Below are positions 19,076 to 28,195 of a stretch of DNA of 64,000 nucleotides, in pieces. The DNA is from an uncultured Bacteroidales bacterium. Its GTDB lineage: Bacteria; Bacteroidota; Bacteroidia; Bacteroidales; UBA4417. The notes beneath the pieces were generated by a model. That model saw only the letters and a program-made list of their open reading frames with translations, made no database searches and was not told where the DNA came from. The stretch is taken from contig CAIRMR010000153.1 in assembly GCA_903879715.1 (NCBI GenBank), positions 3,026 to 67,025 on the forward strand. The letters are read 5' to 3'. Position 1 is the stretch's first letter. Each line of letters opens with the position of its first letter. The translations under genes were made by a program, and so were the position numbers.

Positions 19076-20411
19076 GACTCTTCCTCCTTTTCTCGTATTT
19101 TTCTACTTCATAAATAAAACTCCGCGCTAATGACAACCCAACTTTCCGTCCACCTGCAAAATTGAGGTGGGTGTAATCCTTATTAGCAAGCGCAGGCTTT
19201 GAATTGGCAAACCCAGCCATAGAGTTTTCTCCACCCATGGCTTCAAAAAGGTTCCAGAACAACAACTTATTATCAAAGGCAATCTTTTCCTGGGCCTGGA
19301 TAAGAAACGGGATAACCGGCATAGTAACAAACTGCCCCTGCCGACGCTGGCTACGGTCCGATACAGATAAAAGCAATATAGGCGTTTCCGGAAAAGCCTC
19401 TTTGAGTTTATCAATCAACTTACTCATCCCTTTGATGTAGCTTGTAAAATTCGCAGAAGGAGAATTTGAAACATTTAACCCAAACTGGAGAACGATCATA
19501 TCGTAATGCAGCAAACTGTCGAAAGCAGCGAGGTTCTTTTCAGGAATTGCCTGCAGTCCAAGTCCGGAATTGCCTTTGATGGCAAAATTATCGATATAGA
19601 TTCCGGTTTCATCTTCAAGTGAGGCACCGAAACACGTCATGCCGTTCAGGTTAAACCTGGCACTTACCTGCCGGATGGTATCGGCCTGAACGGTAATCAT
19701 CGAAGGAAACTCAGAAGCAACCATATCCATAACGCGGCTGTCTTTCCGGTTAATCATAATTCGCGCCTTCTGATTGTAAGCAGAGGTATAAAATATCCTG
19801 AAGGTACTGAAGGTTGAAGTATGCTTGAAATGATTGGTACCTTTATAAAAGACATAATTACCGGAATCAGGCGTATAACTGAATCCATTTATACCAAATC
19901 GTCCGGAACGTAAATTGGTAAGGATTGAGGTAGTATTCCATCCACCGAAAGAATGAATTACAGAGCGCCTGAAACCGGCAACTTCGGAAGTAATAGGAAC
20001 AAAACCCACACCATTTCCACCATAAAGGCTTTGGAGCGTATCGCGTAAATCGCTGACAAGAATATCTCCGTCCGAAAAGGAATCGCCATACCATGCAATC
20101 CGCACTTTCCCTTTTTTCTCTTTTGCTTTCAGTAACTGGCCGAGAAGTTTATCGAGAGGGTATTTATCATCGGTAAAATTGCGGAAACGTACAACACCCT
20201 TGGGAGCTGGCTCAGATTCCAGGGCAAGTGAATCTACAAAAAGAGGTTTAAGCTGCGCGATGTCGTCGGTTAAAATATCCGAAAAAATACTCACAGGTTT
20301 AATAGGATATCCAAAAATACTTCTTTCATACGGGAACAGGGACAAAATACCCAGAATACCAGCAACAGCCAAAGTAAAATAAAACGCTTGCGGGATATAA
20401 TTCTTGTTCAT
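19056..20411 (-). CDS. SGNH/GDSL-like hydrolase-fold membrane-anchored protein
   Basis: 451 aa with an N-terminal TM helix. Contains AWYGDSFSDGD (GDS block), QFGLN and a DYTHLN block. Overlaps the next gene by 20 nt. Confidence 0.7.
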   Translation of the reverse strand: MNKNYIPQAFYFTLAVAGILGILSLFPYERSIFGYPIKPVSIFSDILTDDIAQLKPLFVDSLALESEPAPKGVVRFRNFTDDKYPLDKLLGQLLKAKEKKGKVRIAWYGDSFSDGDILVSDLRDTLQSLYGGNGVGFVPITSEVAGFRRSVIHSFGGWNTTSILTNLRSGRFGINGFSYTPDSGNYVFYKGTNHFKHTSTFSTFRIFYTSAYNQKARIMINRKDSRVMDMVASEFPSMITVQADTIRQVSARFNLNGMTCFGASLEDETGIYIDNFAIKGNSGLGLQAIPEKNLAAFDSLLHYDMIVLQFGLNVSNSPSANFTSYIKGMSKLIDKLKEAFPETPILLLSVSDRSQRRQGQFVTMPVIPFLIQAQEKIAFDNKLLFWNLFEAMGGENSMAGFANSKPALANKDYTHLNFAGGRKVGLSLARSFIYEVEKYEKRRKSLAAIAK

Positions 20412-20567
20412 TAAGTATTCAAAAGGCTGTTACAGAATATTATATTTTAAAATGAAATCACCTGGCTTTATCAGGAAAGTTTCAAAGAAAAATAAGGGTG
20501 CAAAAGTAGGGACTTTTCGGATTATGTATTAAAATGATTTGATGCAGAATTCAAGTTTAGCATACTT

Positions 20568-21110
20568 ATGCATGAAAACCATAATACTCCCCAATTAAGT
20601 CCCCGTGTATCCGCAGTTTATAGTATAACCCCTGCAACCTGCGCATCAAGCTACCCATGGCAAATACCTTCAATATGCAACTACAACTATTGTCGGCATA
20701 TTACTTAGGGCCAGGGAACAACTGCTATTTCTGTTCAGGCCGGGGCTATTGGAAGTGGGGCTGTTCAGGTTACAGCATCAAATACATGTGGTACTGATTC
20801 GCGTTATGTGTATGCCAACGTACAGGATCCAAACGCTCCCTGTGATCCTTTGACATTAAGCATATCGCCCAATCCTAGTGTGAGAGGAAATGTGGTAATA
20901 GATGTAATAAAGCCTCCATGCGATCCCACATTGATGAGCACTTCAGAAGCAACAGTTGCAATAACCGATAACATGGGCAACATCGTTTATTCGAAAAAAC
21001 ATACCGGAAATAAGGTCACAATCTTAGGTTTGAACTTAATACAAGGAGTGTATCATGTTGTATACACTCAGAATAACAAACGGTTTGAAAAGAGCATGAT
21101 TGTACAGTAG
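20568..21110 (+). pseudogene. Remnant of a small T9SS-sorted surface protein, interrupted by an in-frame TAG at 20706-20708
   Basis: My in-frame translation is MHENHNTPQLSPRVSAVYSITPATCASSYPWQIPS...HIT*GQGTTAISVQAGAIGSGAVQVTASNTCGTDS..., followed by the tracked ORF 20808..21110. That ORF ends in a T9SS CTD (LSISPNPSVRGNVVIDV...GVYHVVYTQNNKRFEKSMIVQ). No signal peptide is present. Confidence 0.5.
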
Positions 21111-21220
21111 CATTATTAGTACTCTTAAAATGGCTTAAACTCCGGGGAATCTTCCTTTGGGGTTGACTTTTTATATCTAGTTGTTGCTGGTTTTGCGAAG
21201 AGGGCCGCTTGTGGTGCCAT

Positions 21221-22480
21221 CTATACCAGCTGCAGCCTGTTCGAATCCATTTTAATAAAAATAAACAGCAAAATAGTAAAGGCCCATAGCGAAGATCCTC
21301 CATAGCTAAAGAAGGGCAGCGGAATACCGATAACCGGCATCAGCCCTATGGTCATTCCTATATTTACAAAGAAATGGAAAAACAATATAGAGGCGACTCC
21401 ATACCCGTAAATCCGGCTGAAATCCGAGCGTTGTCGCTCGGCCATCATAATAATACGCACTATCAGCGCAAGGAATAACAACATTACTACCGTTGAGCCG
21501 ACAAATCCCCATTCTTCGCCAACGGTGCAAAAAATAAAGTCAGTGCTTTGTTCAGGAACAAAATTGAACTTGGTCTGGGTCCCTTTCAGGAAACCTTTGC
21601 CCCAGAAACCGCCGGAACCGATAGCTATTTTCGACTGGTTAACATTATACCCGGCGCCTTTCAGGTCAATCTGTTTGCCTAGCAGCACATTGATACGTGT
21701 TTTCTGATGCAGTTCAAGTACATTCTGAAAAGCATAATCCACACTCAGCACAAAGAGTGATGCCACCACAAAAATTCCAATCACCTTCACTATATTCTGC
21801 CAGTTTCGCCTGATAAAAAAAGTAAATCCAATTAGTAATATCCCTACACCTGTAATAACAATATATTGGTTAAACATCAAAGCCATTATTGCTAAAATGG
21901 CTACAGCTATGCCTATAAGTAGTATGCTGCCGGGCATTCCCTGCCTGTATAAAACAAGAGCGAGTGACGAGTATACAATAGCTGAACCGGTATCATTCTG
22001 AAGCAGAATAAGCAAGGCTGGAATTGCCAGGATAATCAAGGGTATAATCTGAGATTTTCGTTTCCGGCTGTCAAAATCCAGTGCACTCAGGTAATGTGCT
22101 AAAGCAAGATTGGTTGCAAACTTGGCAAACTCGGCAGGCTGAATTCTGAATTCCCCGATCTGAAACCATGATTTGGACCCCGCTATTTCTTTCCCGGCAA
22201 ACAATACTACAACCAGGAGCAATATTGTTCCTATGTAAATAGGGTAGGCAAACGCGTTGAAAAATTTTGCATCGGTAAGTATTATCATTAATGCGATGGC
22301 CAGGGCAGTAAATATCCAAAGCAATTGTTTGCCATACGATTGCGATAAATCTAAAATACTGGCATGCTCATTGTTATAAACCGCAGCGTAAATGCTTATC
22401 CATCCCATCAGTACTAATGTCAGGTACAACAGCACCAGTGGACGGTCGATAAATTTGAATATGCTTTTTTGCTCTTTCAA
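21221..22480 (-). CDS. rodA: Rod shape-determining SEDS protein RodA (FtsW/RodA/SpoVE family)
   Basis: 419 aa and polytopic with SEDS-family motifs (IQPAEFAK..., PEQSTDFIF, GLMPVIGIPLPFFSYGGSS). Overlaps the mrdA stop by 4 nt. Confidence 0.9.
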   Translation of the reverse strand: MKEQKSIFKFIDRPLVLLYLTLVLMGWISIYAAVYNNEHASILDLSQSYGKQLLWIFTALAIALMIILTDAKFFNAFAYPIYIGTILLLVVVLFAGKEIAGSKSWFQIGEFRIQPAEFAKFATNLALAHYLSALDFDSRKRKSQIIPLIILAIPALLILLQNDTGSAIVYSSLALVLYRQGMPGSILLIGIAVAILAIMALMFNQYIVITGVGILLIGFTFFIRRNWQNIVKVIGIFVVASLFVLSVDYAFQNVLELHQKTRINVLLGKQIDLKGAGYNVNQSKIAIGSGGFWGKGFLKGTQTKFNFVPEQSTDFIFCTVGEEWGFVGSTVVMLLFLALIVRIIMMAERQRSDFSRIYGYGVASILFFHFFVNIGMTIGLMPVIGIPLPFFSYGGSSLWAFTILLFIFIKMDSNRLQLV

Positions 22481-24288
22481 TTGTTTATTGTATTAATAAG
22501 AATCATACGATCTTCGAGCTCCTTGCGTTTAACCTTGCGGGTAATGTATTTTTCAATCATAAGTGTTGCGATGGGAGCGGCAAAAGTAGATCCGAATCCC
22601 GCATTTTCAACGATTACACAAATCGCGATCTGAGGATTCTCGACAGGCGCGAAAGCTATAAAGTTCGAGTGCGGCTTACCGTGCGGGTTGTCAGCAGTCC
22701 CGGTTTTTCCGGCCATGGTGATGCTGTCGAGGCGATACGCCCGTGCGGTTCCGTGCTCACCCTCAAAAACCTCCATCATCCCTTCGCGTACCACATCAAC
22801 GTACTCCGGATTTATAGTGGAAACATTTTTTTCTGAGGCGTATTTGGTTTTTTCGGTTCCAACTGTCCTGACCACATGCGGGGGATAAAAGAATCCCCTG
22901 TTCGCCACCATAGCGGCATAATTTACAAGCTGAAGAGGGGTGGTAAGGACCTCTCCCTGTCCGATGGATAGGGACCTGACCGTCATAGCGTTCCAGTGAT
23001 CTTTGCCGTATATTTTATCAAATACTTCTGAAGGAGGAAGGTTGCCTTTTAACTCAAACGCCAGGTCGGTATTCAGGATACGGCCAAATCCCATGCTTAT
23101 CAGGTGACTGCGCCATACATCATAACGTTGTTTTGAATTCTCATAACGCGGGTCGTTCATAATAGCCCGGAACACCTGCCAGTGAAAAGGATTGCACGAT
23201 TGCTGAATAGCCATATACACATCGAGTGGTGAAACGTGGTTGTGGGTACATCTTATAGGTGAAGAACCCGGTCCCTGGCATGTATAGCGGGTGTCCTTTG
23301 TTATAACGCCCATTTGGAGCCCAACCATATCATTTGCCATTTTAAAGGTCGATCCCGGGGGATACTGTCCCATGATAGCGCGGTTGAGCAAAGGCTTGAT
23401 AGGGTCTTTCATGAGTTCGCCGAAATTTTTACCTCGGACCCTTCCAACCAACAGATTCGGATCATACCCGGGACTTGACAGAAAGCAAAGTATTTCTCCC
23501 GTTTTAGGGTCTATAGCCACAATACTGCCACGCTTATTGGTCATCAGTTTTTCGCCGTATTCCTGCAAATCGGCATCAATTCCGGTGTACAGATCGTGGC
23601 CCATTACCGATGCGGTATCGTAACGGCCATTTTCAAAACTACCTACGTCACGGTTAAAAACATCGACCATACGGATTTTCAATCCTTTAATTCCACGCAA
23701 TTCTTTCTCGTAGGCACGTTCAATACCGCTGATGCCAATATAATCCCCTTGTTTGTAATAAACATTTTTTTCGACCTGGGCCGGGGTTACTTCACCTATA
23801 TAACCTAAAAGGTGAGCACCAATGGACATCGGGTATTTGCGCAAGGTACGCGGCTGAACAAAGAACCCTCTGAACCGGTAAAGTTTTTCCTCAATATATC
23901 CATACGTTTCTTTTGAGATTTGTTTTTCAAAAGCCGATGCCAGCATGGGAGAATAATCGCGCGCTTTTTTCATCCGCTCAATAAAACCTTCGCGGGTAAT
24001 ATCCAGTAAACGGCAAATTTCGGTAGTGTCAAGATCCTTTACCTGCCGGGGAATCACCATCAGGTCATAAACGGCTTCGTTGTATAAAAGCAATTTCCCG
24101 TTACGATCATATATCAATCCCCGGGCCGGGAATTGAGTGACATAACGAAGCACATTATTGTTGGCTGAAAGAGTATAACTCCGGTCGATAACCTGTATAT
24201 AAAATAACCTTAAAAGATATATAAAACCGATTGCCAGGAAGGTTGTGATTATAACAAGTTTACGATCGGCGTAGATGCGGCTGGCCAT
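22477..24288 (-). CDS. mrdA: Penicillin-binding protein 2 (elongasome transpeptidase)
   Basis: ORF 22477..24369; the likely start is the ATG at 24288 (MASRIYADRKLVI...). Motifs are STFK (PPGSTFKM), SCN (QQSCNP) and KTGT (AGKTGTA). Confidence 0.9.
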   Translation of the reverse strand: MASRIYADRKLVIITTFLAIGFIYLLRLFYIQVIDRSYTLSANNNVLRYVTQFPARGLIYDRNGKLLLYNEAVYDLMVIPRQVKDLDTTEICRLLDITREGFIERMKKARDYSPMLASAFEKQISKETYGYIEEKLYRFRGFFVQPRTLRKYPMSIGAHLLGYIGEVTPAQVEKNVYYKQGDYIGISGIERAYEKELRGIKGLKIRMVDVFNRDVGSFENGRYDTASVMGHDLYTGIDADLQEYGEKLMTNKRGSIVAIDPKTGEILCFLSSPGYDPNLLVGRVRGKNFGELMKDPIKPLLNRAIMGQYPPGSTFKMANDMVGLQMGVITKDTRYTCQGPGSSPIRCTHNHVSPLDVYMAIQQSCNPFHWQVFRAIMNDPRYENSKQRYDVWRSHLISMGFGRILNTDLAFELKGNLPPSEVFDKIYGKDHWNAMTVRSLSIGQGEVLTTPLQLVNYAAMVANRGFFYPPHVVRTVGTEKTKYASEKNVSTINPEYVDVVREGMMEVFEGEHGTARAYRLDSITMAGKTGTADNPHGKPHSNFIAFAPVENPQIAICVIVENAGFGSTFAAPIATLMIEKYITRKVKRKELEDRMILINTINN

Positions 24289-24828
24289 TGAAAAATTTAA
24301 ATTGTAAGACGGGCTGGAATTAATAAATAAGTGTGCAAAAATACAGAATACAACTATCATATATTGCAATCTATAAATATTTATCTCAGTTTATTCCATA
24401 AAAAAACCTGCCGGAGTTTTTGTGCTTCAGCAGGTGATAGTATAATTGGGTAAACGGAGATTTTTGCCTGGAATTCCGGAACAAGATTAATTGAAGTCTG
24501 GTTCTGTATCTATGACGATAATCAGGATGAAAGGTTACAGCTGGAAGGGAGTTTTTCGATGATTTTGAGAAATGGGGAGCCTTAACATAAGGCAAGAAAC
24601 TGTCTGAATTTCATAATTTATTCCCAAAGCTTTCAATTTCCGGAATAACGAACAAGGAATACCGATTATTCGCTCCTCGCTTATTTTCAAAGGAGCTCAT
24701 GAGATCGCTTCGCTAGTTTTTGATTTAAGATGTATATTCAAACTGATGATTTCTGCACTTCGCTGATCGTAAATCCTTGTTCTTAAATCTGAATAATTAA
24801 AAATTTAATCTGACTCTTTGTTGCAAAA

Positions 24829-26208
24829 CTATTTTCTGTTCAGAAGACTTTTAAACCTACCATCCTCCTGGTACGCTTTGAAATCCGGATCCGCTTTCAT
24901 GCGGTTTATATCTTTAAACCCCAGGTCAAAAGCCTGATTAAGGGCTATAAAACAAGCGTCCGGATCTTGGTTTCTTGCTGCTACTTTGGCGGCCATGTAC
25001 CGGTGTTCTGTGTTTGCAGGATCTACAAGCTGGTAAATTTCAATATATTTTCCAGCCGAAACCAGGTTCCCCCGTTTAAAAGCATCATTTGAATACATAT
25101 AGCAATTCATACTCAGGAAAGCAAGTACTCTTTGATATACCTGGTTTACCTCCGGCTTACGGGATTGTTTGGTTAAGGATTGCAGCTGAGCGGCTTGATT
25201 TTTCCACCAATCCACATTTTTTAAATTTAATTCCGGCGAATATTTTTGCTGTAGTTCCTGTTCCAGATCAAGGAGTTTCTGTTGTTGTTTCTGGTATGCA
25301 ATTATCTTTTTATCAGAAGCTAGCCTGGTGATTTCAGCCTGCAACGGAGCAACATCTGTCAGTCCCTTCAGGAAATGCAGCATTTTAATAAATACTGCCT
25401 GTTGCGCGGGAAGTTGTCCTTCCGTGGCCAGTTCACCAGCGATTTTATCATTTTTCTGAATAAACTGGTTGATTTCATTCCGGTCAGCCGGTATCGCCTG
25501 TTGCCGCATGGCATCAAACCTGAGCCAGGCAAAAATATCCGGAAGAAGTGCTTTGGGCGGCCACTGGTGAATGCCATCGAAAACTAAAAGGTGATGTTGA
25601 TAATGAGCGGACTCCAGCATTGCGTCAAGTTGTTTGATTTCCGTGTAATTAAAATCCTGGTTCCCAACCACTGCCAGGTAACTGAAGGGCCCTGCCGGAT
25701 TCCGGTTTATGGCGGGTAAGCCTGCGCCACATCCAACAACGCCGGCAATACCTGCTTCGGTAATAGCCACAGCTCCGGCAACCCGTGAACCTCCCGAAAA
25801 TCCACTCACGTATATTGCCTTTTTCTCGATATTGAACCTTTTTGTGATATCAGCAAGCATTTTGCGATATATAGCAGTTGTTTGCTCGAAGTCCATCCCG
25901 TTTCTTGAGTTATTGGAGCCAGCCAGGATAAAGCCATTTTTCCCTGCTTCGGAACTGAAATGATTTACAGGAAACACCCCCCTGCCGCTGGGATCAAAAA
26001 GGATTAGCAAGGGACAGGGTTTTCCTTCCTCGTATTGAGGTGGTAAAAACAATGCATATGTAGTATTTGTATCCGCCGTGCAGGCAACGGAAGGATAAAT
26101 TTTTGAGTTTTCAAATTCCTGAATTTCATTTTTTTGTCCCGAAACACAGGAACCAGGTACCAGAAGAAAAAGAAAACATGATGCAGTGAAAATAAATTGT
26201 TTTAACAT
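24829..26208 (-). CDS. Secreted alpha/beta-hydrolase (esterase-like) with C-terminal helical/TPR-like domain
   Basis: 459 aa with a signal peptide and a nucleophile elbow GFSGGS. The C-terminal half is helical and repeat-like. Confidence 0.65.
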   Translation of the reverse strand: MLKQFIFTASCFLFLLVPGSCVSGQKNEIQEFENSKIYPSVACTADTNTTYALFLPPQYEEGKPCPLLILFDPSGRGVFPVNHFSSEAGKNGFILAGSNNSRNGMDFEQTTAIYRKMLADITKRFNIEKKAIYVSGFSGGSRVAGAVAITEAGIAGVVGCGAGLPAINRNPAGPFSYLAVVGNQDFNYTEIKQLDAMLESAHYQHHLLVFDGIHQWPPKALLPDIFAWLRFDAMRQQAIPADRNEINQFIQKNDKIAGELATEGQLPAQQAVFIKMLHFLKGLTDVAPLQAEITRLASDKKIIAYQKQQQKLLDLEQELQQKYSPELNLKNVDWWKNQAAQLQSLTKQSRKPEVNQVYQRVLAFLSMNCYMYSNDAFKRGNLVSAGKYIEIYQLVDPANTEHRYMAAKVAARNQDPDACFIALNQAFDLGFKDINRMKADPDFKAYQEDGRFKSLLNRK

Positions 26209-26446
26209 TGCAAAGATTTTGATAGGGAAAGATGAATTATCTTGTACAAAGTTCGTTTTTTAATGTTTTGTAACAAAATAATGTATATTTGACATCTCAC
26301 ATTTAATACTATTCCCCTTTCAGCACTATGTTAAAGGTTAAAAAATTGATTTTCAGAAATATAAAAAGACGCGATGAATTCGTGAGTTAACCTTGTTAGC
26401 TCGTTTACTTTCGCATTTTTTTTATTTTTTCTAAAGATTTAATTTT

Positions 26447-27823
26447 ATGGAATTACCTTTTGCAGAACCATACAGGATAAAAATGGTGGAGTCCATCCGC
26501 TGTAGTACACGCGAAGAGCGCGGACAATGGATAAAAGAAGCCGGTTACAATTTATTCAATCTCCGCAGCGACCAGGTTTTTATCGACCTTCTTACCGATT
26601 CGGGCACCGGGGCCATGAGCGATAAACAATGGAGCGAAATGATGCTGGGCGACGAAAGTTATGCCGGCGCTTCATCCTATTATAAATTAAAATCAGCGAT
26701 AAAGGATTTGCTGGGTTTTGATCATTTCCTCCCAACACACCAGGGACGCGCCGCCGAAAATGTGCTTTTCAGCGTGCTGGTTAAAGAAGGAAATGTGGTT
26801 CCCGGAAATTCGCATTTTGATACCACCAAAGGCCATATTGAATTCCGCAAGGCCGAAGCCATTGATTGTACAATCGGCGAGGCTTTTGATACTACTATCG
26901 ATCATCCGTTTAAAGGAAACCTTGACCTGGGAAAACTGGAAGATGTTCTGAAAAAATATCCCCGCGAACAGGTTCCTATGATCATTGTTACCATTACCTG
27001 CAATTCATCGGGCGGACAGCCGGTTTCACTGGCTAACATCAAAGGTGTAAGGCAACTTGCTGATAAATACAATATCCCGGTAATTTTCGACTCAGCCCGC
27101 TTTGCCGAAAATGCTTATTTTATCAAAACACGTGAAGCCGGACAGCAGGATCGCAGTATCCGGGAAATTGTAGCTGAAATGTTTTCTTATGCCGATGGCA
27201 TGACCATGAGCAGCAAGAAAGACGCTATTGTAAATATTGGCGGATTTATTGCTTTGCGCGATCCTGAACTTTTCAGGCAGGCATCGGTATTCAATATTAT
27301 GTTTGAGGGATTTTTAACCTATGGCGGGCTCGCCGGCCGCGACCTGAATGCCATTGCACAAGGTTTGTACGAAGGCACCGAATTCGATTACCTGAAATCA
27401 AGAATTAACCAGGTTGGAATGCTGGGTCAGAAAATGACTGGTTTTGGAGTCCCAGTGCAGATGCCGTATGGCGGACATGCAATTTTTGTTAATGCCAACG
27501 AAGTACTCTCCCACATCCCCAGGGAACAATTCAGGGCACAGACTTTAGCCGTTGAATTGTATATAGAAGCAGGTGTCAGAGGTGTTGAAATCGGTGCAAT
27601 AATGGCCGACCGCGATCCTGTTACCCGCGAAAACCGCTATCCCGAACTTGAATTGCTGAGGCTTGCCATTCCACGCAGAACCTATACTAACGATCATATG
27701 AATTATGTGGCTGTTGCCATGGGCAATGTGTACGAACGCCGCCACCAGATCACTACCGGCCTGGTAATCGTTGAAGAAGCACCAATTCTCAGGCATTTTA
27801 CGGTGAAGTTGAGGAAGATCTGA
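26447..27823 (+). CDS. tnaA: Tryptophanase-type PLP-dependent beta-eliminating lyase (tryptophanase; tyrosine phenol-lyase not excluded)
   Basis: 458 aa: MELPFAEPYRIKMVE...DLLTDSGTGAMSDKQW...PTHQGRAAENVLF... with the PLP-lysine block MSSKKDAIVNIGGF. Confidence 0.85.
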   Translation: MELPFAEPYRIKMVESIRCSTREERGQWIKEAGYNLFNLRSDQVFIDLLTDSGTGAMSDKQWSEMMLGDESYAGASSYYKLKSAIKDLLGFDHFLPTHQGRAAENVLFSVLVKEGNVVPGNSHFDTTKGHIEFRKAEAIDCTIGEAFDTTIDHPFKGNLDLGKLEDVLKKYPREQVPMIIVTITCNSSGGQPVSLANIKGVRQLADKYNIPVIFDSARFAENAYFIKTREAGQQDRSIREIVAEMFSYADGMTMSSKKDAIVNIGGFIALRDPELFRQASVFNIMFEGFLTYGGLAGRDLNAIAQGLYEGTEFDYLKSRINQVGMLGQKMTGFGVPVQMPYGGHAIFVNANEVLSHIPREQFRAQTLAVELYIEAGVRGVEIGAIMADRDPVTRENRYPELELLRLAIPRRTYTNDHMNYVAVAMGNVYERRHQITTGLVIVEEAPILRHFTVKLRKI

Positions 27824-27838
27824 TTTTAGAAATTAAAG

Positions 27839-27947
27839 GAGGTACAATTTACGAGGTACGATTTACGAGGTACGATTTACGAGGTACGATTTACGAGGTA
27901 CGATTTACGAGGTACGAATGACGAGGTACGAATGACGAAGTACGATT
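27839..27947. repeat. CGTA heptad tandem repeat (family A, copy 1)
   Basis: Alternating 7-nt units GGTACGA/TTTACGA (later AATGACG variants), about 15 units, starting 16 nt after the tnaA stop. Confidence 0.9.
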
Positions 27948-28195
27948 GGAGAATTCCTTCAATCTGCTTCGTTTTTTTATTTCTAAATTTCTCAGAATTT
28001 ATATAGCATTAAATACGAATGTTAAGTGTTCTGGTTATTTTTTAAAGTTCATGCCGCAAAAAAGGTAATACCTTCTCCATAATGCCGTCAGATATTATAC
28101 TACAAATTGAGTATTTTTTTTTGAAATTTATGCGTATATATTTGATTGATATAATAAGCCAAATTCGAATACTAACTTTTTAAAAAGAATCTGTC

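Noticed and set aside
24386-24595. A 69-aa minus-strand ORF upstream of mrdA as a possible mreD.
   Set aside because: It is highly basic and non-hydrophobic (MreD is a polytopic membrane protein), and it has no start context.
26209-26446. A possible leader-peptide or attenuator (tnaC-like) upstream of tryptophanase.
   Set aside because: I could not find a short Trp-containing ORF or a convincing terminator/antiterminator pair in the 238-nt leader. There is no evidence beyond position.
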